Assembly: GCA_002729235.1 (NCBI GenBank) | Contig: PBTY01000045.1 | Span: 359-64,358 of the forward strand | DNA from: Rickettsiales bacterium | GTDB taxonomy: Bacteria > Bacteroidota > Bacteroidia > Cytophagales > Cyclobacteriaceae | Reading direction: 5' to 3' | DNA length: 64,000 nt | Shown here: positions 18,033 through 26,090 of the stretch, piece after piece | Position numbering within the stretch: the stretch's first letter is position 1 | Layout of the letters: each line of letters begins with the position of its first letter | The notes under the pieces: model-generated | What the model saw: only the letters and a program-made list of their open reading frames with translations | What the model was told of the DNA's origin: nothing | The model's database searches: none | Position numbers and translations under genes: made by a program

Positions 18033-20438
18033 ATGAAAAATAGAGCGAAGCACATAGCACTTATAGCTATGGTGGTGGTGTTGGCGGCTTGTCAGCCAAT
18101 TGATAAAAGCCGGAAAGTAATTGATTTTACAGATGATTGGCAGTTTACATTAAGCAAAACAGAGCCATATGAAAACACGCAATGGAGAACCCTTGACCTA
18201 CCTCATGATTGGAGTATAGAAGGGGAGTTTAGCCCCGATCATCCAGCAACAGTGGGAGGGGGAGCACTTCCAGGAGGAATTGGCTGGTACCAAAAAAGTT
18301 TTCAAAAACCAGCTGACTTCAGCAAGGTATTTATCCAATTTGATGGAGTGTATCAAAACAGTACCGTTTGGGTAAACGGTGATTCTGTTGGTAACCGTCC
18401 AAACGGATACATTTCATTTGAGTACGATTTGACACCATTCTTGAAAGAAGGGGATAACCAGGTGTTGGTAAAAGTGGCCAATGATCCACAACCCAATTCT
18501 CGTTGGTATTCAGGATCTGGAATATACAGAGATGTTCGGTTGGTTTATACCAATAACGTCTTCATTCCGAATTATGGTATTTATGTTAATCCAACAATAG
18601 AAGGTGCAAATGGTCTGATAAGCACGGAAACAAAACTGACCAATTCGAGTAATGGAGCTCAAAAAGTGGTCTTAAAACAGGAAATCGTTAGTCCTACTGG
18701 ACAGGTCGAGGTTACCACAGAAAAGGAATTGACCATTATGCCCAATTCCACTGAAGAATTGAAAGGTGAGCTAACGGTGAGTAGTCCGGAATTGTGGAGT
18801 ACTGAGTCTCCCAATCAATACACGCTAAAAAGTAGTGTACTCATCAACAATGAGATCATCGATGTGACCACTACTAAATTCGGTTTCCGCACCTTCAGAT
18901 TTGATGTTGCTGATGGTTTTTTCCTCAATGGAGAATCAGTTAAAATCAAAGGGGTATGTCTGCACCATGATTTAGGTGCACTTGGCGCGGCATTTAACAA
19001 ACGTGCTGCACAGCGTCAGATAGAAATCATGCAGGGAATGGGTGTGAATGCGATTCGTACCTCCCATAACCCACCAGCACCACAGTTTCTTGATCTGTGT
19101 GATGAAATGGGTATCCTGGTGATGGATGAGATGTTTGACATGTGGGCGAAAAGTAAGACCGAGTTCGACTACAGTCAATACTGGGATGATTGGCATGAGC
19201 AAGATTTAAAAGACTTTATTCTAAGAGATAGAAATCATCCAAGCATTATTGCCTGGAGTGTGGGTAATGAGATCATCGAGCAATACAATCATGAAGATTC
19301 TATTGGTGGTGTCATTGCGGCGGAGCTTGCTGAAATTGTCCGTGAATTAGATAGTACCAGACCAATTACTACTGCCAATAATGACATCAGTCCAGATAAT
19401 CCATTGATCAAATATGGTGGATTGGATCTGGTAGGCTACAACTACCATCACGAGAATTTTTTAGATGTTCCAAAAGATCACCCGGGTAAACCTTTTATTG
19501 CTACCGAAACCAATTCGTCTTTAGCAACACGTGGACACTATGATATGCCTTCTGATAGTTTGAGAGCCTGGCCAATAGCCTGGGACAAACTCTTTACGGA
19601 GGGAAATCCAGATAACACCGTTTCAGCATATGACCATGTGCGAGCTCCATGGGGTTCCACACAAGAAGACACCTGGAGGATTGTGAAAAACAATGATTTT
19701 ATTAGCGGGATCTTTATCTGGACTGGTTTTGACTACTTAGGTGAGCCTACTCCATATGTATGGCCAAGCAGAAGTTCATACTTCGGAATTGTAGATCTAG
19801 CTGGCTTCCCAAAAGACACGTACTACATGTACCAGAGTGAGTGGACAAAGGATACAGTTTTACATGTATTTCCTCATTGGAATTGGGTGGAAGGACAAAC
19901 CATCGATATCTGGGCGTACTACAATCACGCGGATGAAGTAGAGTTGTTCCTCAATGGAGAGTCAAAAGGAGTGAAGCAGAAAGGTGCCGATGATTTCCAC
20001 GTCATGTGGCGATTAGAATTCGTTCCTGGAACGGTTGAAGTCATTTCTCGAAAAGATGGTCAGGAAGTATTGAAAAAGACCCTGAAAACAGCTGGAGATC
20101 CTGCTGAATTACAATTGGAAGCTGATCGTTCTTCAATTGCTGCGGATGGCGATGACTTGTCATACATCACCGTGAATCTGTTGGATGCGGATGGTAACAT
20201 CGTTCCGTATGCAACCAATTTGGTGAATTTTGAAGTAACAGGACCTGGCCAGATCGTAGGAGTTGATAATGGTGATCCGACCAGTCATCTTTCTCTAAAA
20301 GGAAATAAAATGAATGCCATGGCTGGAAAATGCCTGGTAATCGTACAAAGTACTGATGCTGCAGGTGCCATTCAACTGACAGCTAAAGCGGAAGGGTTAC
20401 CGGATGCTACCATTATGATTGACTCAAAAGTTAAATGA
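18033..20438 (+). CDS. GH2 beta-galactosidase
   Basis: 801 aa. Signal ...VVVLAACQP. GH2 motifs are WRTLDLPHDWSIEG, GIGWYQKSF, VWVNGDSVGNRPNGYISFEYDLT, NAIRTSHNPPAPQFLDLCDEMGILVMDE and WSVGNEI. Confidence 0.85.
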   Translation: MKNRAKHIALIAMVVVLAACQPIDKSRKVIDFTDDWQFTLSKTEPYENTQWRTLDLPHDWSIEGEFSPDHPATVGGGALPGGIGWYQKSFQKPADFSKVFIQFDGVYQNSTVWVNGDSVGNRPNGYISFEYDLTPFLKEGDNQVLVKVANDPQPNSRWYSGSGIYRDVRLVYTNNVFIPNYGIYVNPTIEGANGLISTETKLTNSSNGAQKVVLKQEIVSPTGQVEVTTEKELTIMPNSTEELKGELTVSSPELWSTESPNQYTLKSSVLINNEIIDVTTTKFGFRTFRFDVADGFFLNGESVKIKGVCLHHDLGALGAAFNKRAAQRQIEIMQGMGVNAIRTSHNPPAPQFLDLCDEMGILVMDEMFDMWAKSKTEFDYSQYWDDWHEQDLKDFILRDRNHPSIIAWSVGNEIIEQYNHEDSIGGVIAAELAEIVRELDSTRPITTANNDISPDNPLIKYGGLDLVGYNYHHENFLDVPKDHPGKPFIATETNSSLATRGHYDMPSDSLRAWPIAWDKLFTEGNPDNTVSAYDHVRAPWGSTQEDTWRIVKNNDFISGIFIWTGFDYLGEPTPYVWPSRSSYFGIVDLAGFPKDTYYMYQSEWTKDTVLHVFPHWNWVEGQTIDIWAYYNHADEVELFLNGESKGVKQKGADDFHVMWRLEFVPGTVEVISRKDGQEVLKKTLKTAGDPAELQLEADRSSIAADGDDLSYITVNLLDADGNIVPYATNLVNFEVTGPGQIVGVDNGDPTSHLSLKGNKMNAMAGKCLVIVQSTDAAGAIQLTAKAEGLPDATIMIDSKVK

Positions 20439-20453
20439 CCTAAAACATATAAA

Positions 20454-23291
20454 ATGATTGAAAACATGAAATCCATACAGAAGTCAATAACCAAACTGAT
20501 GCTGTTGATTTTGGTGGTCGCAACACTATCGTGTGGAGAAGCTCCGAGCTATACAGCGGTCGATAACGGAATTGAAGTGGTATTGCCTTCTAATCAGGCA
20601 GTTCGTGTAACATTCGTTGCTGACGATATCGTAAAAGTGGAAGCTAGCGCAGATGCGGAATTCGACATGAGTGAGAGTTTGATTGACGCCTCTGATAATC
20701 AGAAAGTTGACTTTAAATTGACGGAATCTGTACAGGGAATTGAATTGGAATCAGCAGCTCTCACGGTATTGGTGGATGCGACTACTGGTCGTGTGTCTTA
20801 CAAAGATGCGGCCGGCAACCCTATCATGAGTGAAGATGAACGGTCATTCAGCCCAATTACAGTGGAGGGCAAGTCTGGTTATACTATGAGTCAAACCTTT
20901 GATTCACCTGATGATGAAGCATTGTATGGATTAGGTCAGCATCAGGCAGATGAAATCAACTACAAAGGCAAGAACGAAGAGCTCTTCCAATACAACACCA
21001 AAGTTTCGATTCCATTTATCGTATCAACGGCCAATTATGGTCTGCTTTGGGATAACTACTCTCTCACTCGATTTGGAGATGAGCGACCTTATAGCAACAT
21101 TGATCAATTCAAATTGTATGACAAGAATGGTCAAGAAGGCGGATTAACTGCCACTTATTATGATGATAAGAATTCCGATCACGTATTCGTAGAGCAGGTA
21201 GAGTCTACCCTCGATTACGAAAACCTCGAGACAGTTGAGAATTTCCCGGAAGGGTTTCCTTTTGCGAATGCGAAGATTGTGTGGGAAGGTCAGCTTGAAG
21301 CAGATGAGTCTGGAACGTTTAGATTTTTGTGTTACTACGCGGGCTACACTAAACTTTGGGTGAATGGCGAATTGCAGTTTGATCAATGGAGAACTGCATG
21401 GAATCCATCCGTTGCGAAGTTCAACGTAGACATGACTGCAGGAGAGAAATACGATGTGAAACTGGAATGGATTCCAGATGGAGGTATTTCATACATTGGC
21501 TTGAAGGCTTTGTCTCCAAGAGGTGAAGAAAAACAAAAGCAAATTGCATTCAACTCAGAAATGGGGCAGGACATTCGGTACTATTTCATGGCTGGTAACT
21601 CCATTGATGATGTGATTAGCAACTACCGAATGGTGACTGGAAAAGCGCAGGTTATGCCGAAGTGGGCGATGGGATTCTGGCAAAGTAGAGAGCGATACAA
21701 AACTCAGGATGAGTTGTTGGATGTTTTGGATGAATTCCGTGAAAAACATATCCCAATTGATAACATCGTAGTTGACTGGTCTTACTGGCCAAAAGACGCC
21801 TGGGGAAGTCATGACTTTGATTTGGACCGATTCCCAGATGCTGCTGGGATGATCGATCAAATTCATGAGCAGAATGCACGAGTGATGATCTCTGTTTGGC
21901 CGAAGTTCTACTACACCACCGATCACTACAAAGCATTTGATGAAAAAGGGTGGATGTATACGCAAGCTGTGGAAGACAGTGTGAGAGACTGGATTTATCC
22001 GGGATACATTGGCTCATTCTACGATGCGTACTCTCAAGGTGCAAGAGACTTGTTCTGGGATCAGATCAAGACCAAGCTCTATGACAAAGGCTTTGATGCG
22101 TGGTGGATGGATGCTTCTGAACCAGATATCTTATCCAACGCGAGCATCAATTATCGCAAAGCATTGAGCACACCAACAGCTCTCGGACCATCAACAGAAT
22201 ATTTCAATGCCTATGCACTGATGAATGCAAAAGGCATTTATGAAGGTCAGCGATCAGAAGATAACGATACCCGAGTATTTATCCTGACCCGATCTGGATT
22301 TGTAGGAATCCAAAAATATGGTGCCGCTACGTGGAGTGGAGACATTGGTACGCGCTGGGAAGATATGAAAGCACAAGTATCCGCAGGGATCAACTTTGCC
22401 ATGTCTGGACTTCCATACTGGACACAGGATATTGGCGGGTTCTGCGTGGAGAAACGCTATGAAGTGGCTACGGAAGGTAGCGAAGACCTAAAAGAATGGC
22501 GAGAACTGAATGCTCGTTGGTACCAGTTTGGAGCCTTTGTGCCATTGTTTAGAGTGCATGGGCAGTTTCCATACAGAGAAGTATTTAACCTGGCTCCAGA
22601 GACGCATCCATTGTACAAATCTCAGTTGTATTACAACAAACTGCGTTATCAGCTGATGCCTTACATCTACTCACTAGCTGGCTGGACGTATACGAAAGAT
22701 TACACGATCATGCGTGGATTAGCCATGGACTTTGCTGCGGATAAAGCGGTGCACAACATTGGCGATCAATACCTATTTGGACCGTCTTTGATGGTGTGTC
22801 CGGTGACGGAATATGAAGCGAGAAGCCGTTCGGTATACTTACCAAAGTCTGCTGGATGGTATGACGTGAACACAGGAGAGTACCTGGCTGGAGGACAAAC
22901 CATCGAGGCAGATGCTCCATACGAACGTATGCCGATGTATGCCAAGGCTGGGTCCATTCTCCTAAATGGTCCTGAGATCGAGTACACCGATGAAAAGCCT
23001 GCTGATCCGATCACTATAATGGTGTTTGCGGGAGCAGATGCATCGTTTGATCTATACGAGGACGAGGGAACGAACTACGACTATGAAAAAGGACAGTATG
23101 CGACCATTCCAATCAGCTGGGATGATGCAGCACAAAAGCTAACGATCGGTGACCGCTCTGGAAGCTTTGACGGAATGCTGGAAAGCAGAACTTTCCGGGT
23201 GATCATAGTAGATAAAGACCATCCGAACACGATTGATGACCTGAGTAACTATCAGGAGGTGAGTTATGATGGTAAACAAATAGCATTGTAA
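20454..23291 (+). CDS. GH31 alpha-xylosidase-like enzyme with an inserted PA14 domain
   Basis: 945 aa. An alternative start is MKSIQ at 20466. PA14-like insert GGLTATYYDDKN...GTFRFLCYYAGYTKLWVNGELQFDQW...GEKYDVKLEW. GH31 catalytic motifs are DAWWMDASEPD (nucleophile Asp) and ATWSGDIGTRWEDM (acid/base). Confidence 0.85.
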   Translation: MIENMKSIQKSITKLMLLILVVATLSCGEAPSYTAVDNGIEVVLPSNQAVRVTFVADDIVKVEASADAEFDMSESLIDASDNQKVDFKLTESVQGIELESAALTVLVDATTGRVSYKDAAGNPIMSEDERSFSPITVEGKSGYTMSQTFDSPDDEALYGLGQHQADEINYKGKNEELFQYNTKVSIPFIVSTANYGLLWDNYSLTRFGDERPYSNIDQFKLYDKNGQEGGLTATYYDDKNSDHVFVEQVESTLDYENLETVENFPEGFPFANAKIVWEGQLEADESGTFRFLCYYAGYTKLWVNGELQFDQWRTAWNPSVAKFNVDMTAGEKYDVKLEWIPDGGISYIGLKALSPRGEEKQKQIAFNSEMGQDIRYYFMAGNSIDDVISNYRMVTGKAQVMPKWAMGFWQSRERYKTQDELLDVLDEFREKHIPIDNIVVDWSYWPKDAWGSHDFDLDRFPDAAGMIDQIHEQNARVMISVWPKFYYTTDHYKAFDEKGWMYTQAVEDSVRDWIYPGYIGSFYDAYSQGARDLFWDQIKTKLYDKGFDAWWMDASEPDILSNASINYRKALSTPTALGPSTEYFNAYALMNAKGIYEGQRSEDNDTRVFILTRSGFVGIQKYGAATWSGDIGTRWEDMKAQVSAGINFAMSGLPYWTQDIGGFCVEKRYEVATEGSEDLKEWRELNARWYQFGAFVPLFRVHGQFPYREVFNLAPETHPLYKSQLYYNKLRYQLMPYIYSLAGWTYTKDYTIMRGLAMDFAADKAVHNIGDQYLFGPSLMVCPVTEYEARSRSVYLPKSAGWYDVNTGEYLAGGQTIEADAPYERMPMYAKAGSILLNGPEIEYTDEKPADPITIMVFAGADASFDLYEDEGTNYDYEKGQYATIPISWDDAAQKLTIGDRSGSFDGMLESRTFRVIIVDKDHPNTIDDLSNYQEVSYDGKQIAL

Positions 23292-23431
23292 GCCGCCAGG
23301 AGTGCAAACTCCTCGTGATTTACCCTGACGAAAAACTTCTTTTAGAATGTTTTTATCAGGGTTGACCCTTGAGTTTATGAGTTTCTTAAGAACAGATGAG
23401 TTCCTTGGGTTAACAATAATTGATAGGAACG

Positions 23432-23462
23432 AAAGCCAGCTCTTAGGGGTTGGCTTTTTTGT
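23432..23462 (+). terminator. Rho-independent terminator closing the PUL operon
   Basis: AAAGCCAGC (23432-23440), an 8-nt loop, GTTGGCTTT (23449-23457, one G-U pair), then TTTTT. Two further hairpins lie upstream at 23298-23313 (AGGAGT-GCAA-ACTCCT) and 23322-23362. Confidence 0.55.
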
Positions 23463-23534
23463 GTTTTGATAATGATCTGTGTATGAACAGTAGGTTTATT
23501 CATAAGCACGTAGTGAGGATTATCATGTTAGTAC

Positions 23535-24041
23535 TTATGACTTAGTAAGTTTGTCAATTATTTGGTGATTTCTTATTTCGGTATTTACAAATGTTTGAAA
23601 TGATTGAGAGTAAAGTCCTTTTTTAGCAGCCCATGCTTGAATAAAGTAGTCAGAGGTTCCGAATGCGTTTCGAATATGTAAGCCCCATCCCTCCCATGCT
23701 TCTTTAGGTAGATTTCCCTTCGAATGTTGTATATACCTATGTTCGAAAAAATCAATTAACAACTCTACAGCCCATTTTCTTTTAATTTCAACCTCTTGAC
23801 TTTCGTCTTTGGTTGCATCCTTCTCTTTATCCCATATAGCATTTAACTCTGGATGTTCTATAAATAACTTGGTTATGCCTGTGGCATGACTCATAGTTGA
23901 TTCATGAGTACTACCTCTAAATGTTCGCCTTAATTCTTTTAACTGCCAATAAATTAGAATAGCGGTTATAAGATAGATAAGCATTGATACTGTTGAGATA
24001 ATAAAGTTCAATAGACCATTATTTTCCAAAACCCAATTCAT
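23535..24041 (-). CDS. Hypothetical membrane-anchored helical protein (N-terminal TM; DUF4760-like by recollection)
   Basis: 168 aa. TM segment LLNFIISTVSMLIYLITAILIYW is followed by a charged helical region containing ...ELLIDFFEHRYIQHSKGNLPKEAWEGWGLHIRNAF... The gene is visibly AT-rich. Confidence 0.5.
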   Translation of the reverse strand: MNWVLENNGLLNFIISTVSMLIYLITAILIYWQLKELRRTFRGSTHESTMSHATGITKLFIEHPELNAIWDKEKDATKDESQEVEIKRKWAVELLIDFFEHRYIQHSKGNLPKEAWEGWGLHIRNAFGTSDYFIQAWAAKKGLYSQSFQTFVNTEIRNHQIIDKLTKS

Positions 24042-24351
24042 TGTATTAAGATTAAATGAAGTGTAATATTCAAAACCTTTAGGTTAGCAGGTGAATTTGA
24101 GGTATTTATAGCTAGTGGATCATAGTATTTTGTTAGCATATTTACTGTGCATCGTGGTTCATCAAGTCTTCTAAGCCCATATGGTTAGTTCTAATCCATC
24201 TTCTTCAAAGTAGCTCAAATGCACTCCATAAACATATCTTAAATTCCTCTTTCGCTATCTCTAATTTGATGCTGTAGGTTTAAATCCCACATTTTTCTAG
24301 GCCATTATCTGTCATTAATTTGGTCTTCGGTTTTTGTTTTTGCTATTACTT

Positions 24352-25044
24352 TCATTTTTTGAACTTTTTTCCTGAATACAAATATTTCTCCTGCTCCCAT
24401 GATTTTACCAGTTTCTGCAATTCCATGTAGGCCTCTGGTACGTTATACTTCTCCCTGACTCCAATTATATAATTCTGAAAATTGTTAAAATAAAATGGAA
24501 TTGAAAAACCCAGTGATTTCAATAGTACATCCTCATCTGCGTAAGAATTTTTTATAGCCATTGCTACCACTTCAGATCTATTCAGAAGTAGTTTAACACC
24601 CATGTGTAGCTTTTCATCATTCTGAATAGATTCGAAATGTTCTTTTGGTGCTATTGATTCGAGAGAAATGTTACTCTCTAAGTAATTTCTTAAATCTGAA
24701 GAGTCTAATGAAGTTAAATCATCTATGAGCTTAAAACTAACTTCCTTCATCTTCAATTTGACATTTTCTCTTAACGATATCCCAACATAATAAGCAGAAT
24801 ATAGTGCCGCCGTACCCCCTAATAATCCACTAGCGAATCTCAACATTTCTCTTTGTTCCGGGTAATAAGAATACACTGCGATGACGCTTCCCATCAAAAG
24901 AGTTAACAAAACGCCAATAGTTATCTTAATTTGTAGGTTTAATTCAGCAACTTTTGCGAAGTTCATTGGCTTATTATTAAAGATAATATCAATAAAAAAG
25001 GGCCCAGGGTGTCTACTATTATAGGTTTCATGATTCTGATTCAT
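24352..25044 (-). CDS. Hypothetical membrane-anchored helical protein, apparent paralogue-type of 23535-24041
   Basis: 230 aa from the ATG at 25044; an alternative start is MNFAKV at 24966. Two hydrophobic segments (ITIGVLLTLLMGSVIAVYSYY and FASGLLGGTAALYSAYYVGI) are followed by a helical region ...KLLLNRSEVVAMAIKNSYADEDVLLKSLGFSIPFYFNNFQNYIIGVREKY... Confidence 0.5.
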   Translation of the reverse strand: MNQNHETYNSRHPGPFFIDIIFNNKPMNFAKVAELNLQIKITIGVLLTLLMGSVIAVYSYYPEQREMLRFASGLLGGTAALYSAYYVGISLRENVKLKMKEVSFKLIDDLTSLDSSDLRNYLESNISLESIAPKEHFESIQNDEKLHMGVKLLLNRSEVVAMAIKNSYADEDVLLKSLGFSIPFYFNNFQNYIIGVREKYNVPEAYMELQKLVKSWEQEKYLYSGKKFKK

Positions 25045-25080
25045 TAATTAGCAAAAGAATAACCACTGTTTCATTGAAAA

Positions 25081-25146
25081 TACCCCTTTTATTGATTGCT
25101 GTCAAGTAAAACCTGTATGTGAGAAGAAAATACCTAAAAAGGGGTA
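25081..25146. repeat. Perfect 10-bp inverted repeat TACCCCTTTT-N46-AAAAGGGGTA
   Basis: Read directly: 25081-25090 and 25137-25146. On the minus strand the second arm is followed by TTTTC. It lies between the stop of 25326-26090 and the start of 24352-25044. Confidence 0.5.
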
Positions 25147-25228
25147 AGACGAAAAGGAGAGGAAGTTGGATTAAAGTTAGATGTCGGGTGAGTTGGTGAC
25201 CCTCCTGCGCTATGCTCCGGCGGGCAGG

Positions 25229-25290
25229 TTAGTTAATTAGTGTGTTAGTGACTAGTGATTGGTGACTAGGGAATTAGTGATTGTAGACTA
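25229..25290. repeat. Degenerate short tandem repeats rich in TAGTGA/TTAGT units, with stop codons in all frames
   Basis: ttagttaattagtgtgttagtgactagtgattggtgactagggaattagtgattgtagacta. It is preceded by a locally GC-rich block at 25185-25228 (cgggtgagttggtgaccctcctgcgctatgctccggcgggcagg). Confidence 0.5.
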
Positions 25291-25325
25291 TCAACTTGCT
25301 TGAATAGAGTTGCGAACCAAAGCTG

Positions 25326-26090
25326 CTAAATGCGTATTTCTTCAAATTCCCACTCGAAGGGTCTGCCCAATGATTGGATGGATTTTAGCTGTTCCAGGTG
25401 AAACTCTTTGACTTGTTCGTCAGATTCCTGCTCATCGGTGTCTTCATTGATGGTTGTTGTTATGGTCTTCATTGATCTGGTTAGGAAATCGATGCTGATA
25501 TCCAGTTCATCACCAGTGCCTCTGTGGTGTTCATACTTCTCAAACTGGATAAGTTCGAAAACTTGATTTTGATACCTGAAATGGTATTGGTAGTTGGAGC
25601 TGGACCAGCTTCCGGCACTGTACCAAAAGTGGAAGTCGATTTGAATATCTCCATTTTCAAGAATTTGAAGCTCGTCAAATGGCTCATCCATGGTCGGTAC
25701 ATCTCGAATGATGATGAATTCGTTTGATTGCAGCACTTTTTCAAAGCTTTTGTCGGCTGTTCCGAAGTAGATGCCCAGCACTCTTGGATTTAGGTCCAAT
25801 GTATCAATGCCTAAACCATCGTTGTATTCAAAATTTTCTTCCAGGGTATTTTGAAGGACAAAAGCCAGATCTGGATAACCATCCTGATTGATGTCTCCCG
25901 AAGCTTGTGACAGGACTCGCCATCCCGAAGGAATTAAATCATTTAGTTCTTTTCCTAAGAGGGCAAGTTCTTGCGGTTTTGAATCGTTTTGAGCTTCGAG
26001 TTTAAAGACTGAAAGCATCAATAAGCAAAACATCATTCTCACGCTATAAAAAGTGATTCGCTTATTCTTCATGCTCGTAAGTATTGCCAT
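25326..26090 (-). CDS. Secreted hypothetical protein with an FG-GAP/VCBS-like DxxxDGxxD segment
   Basis: 254 aa. The alternative ATG at 26072 gives MKNKRITFYSVRMMFCLLMLSVFKLEAQ (signal peptide). The motif is SGDINQDGYPDLAFV. It overlaps the 3' end of the upstream gene. Confidence 0.55.
   Translation of the reverse strand: MAILTSMKNKRITFYSVRMMFCLLMLSVFKLEAQNDSKPQELALLGKELNDLIPSGWRVLSQASGDINQDGYPDLAFVLQNTLEENFEYNDGLGIDTLDLNPRVLGIYFGTADKSFEKVLQSNEFIIIRDVPTMDEPFDELQILENGDIQIDFHFWYSAGSWSSSNYQYHFRYQNQVFELIQFEKYEHHRGTGDELDISIDFLTRSMKTITTTINEDTDEQESDEQVKEFHLEQLKSIQSLGRPFEWEFEEIRI

Noticed and set aside
24274-24290. tRNA T-arm-like string GTAGGTTTAAATCCCAC in the spacer of the AT-rich islet, considered as a tRNA gene fragment or integration (att) scar.
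   Set aside because: The 5-bp stem has a mismatch and the loop deviates from TTCRANT. There is no acceptor stem, anticodon arm or CCA context nearby. No integrase gene or direct repeat copy is visible in the window.
25229-25290. TAGTGA-type repeats, considered as a CRISPR array or satellite.
   Set aside because: The units are only 6-10 nt, degenerate and contiguous, with no spacers. There are no cas genes. I report it only as an unexplained low-complexity repeat.
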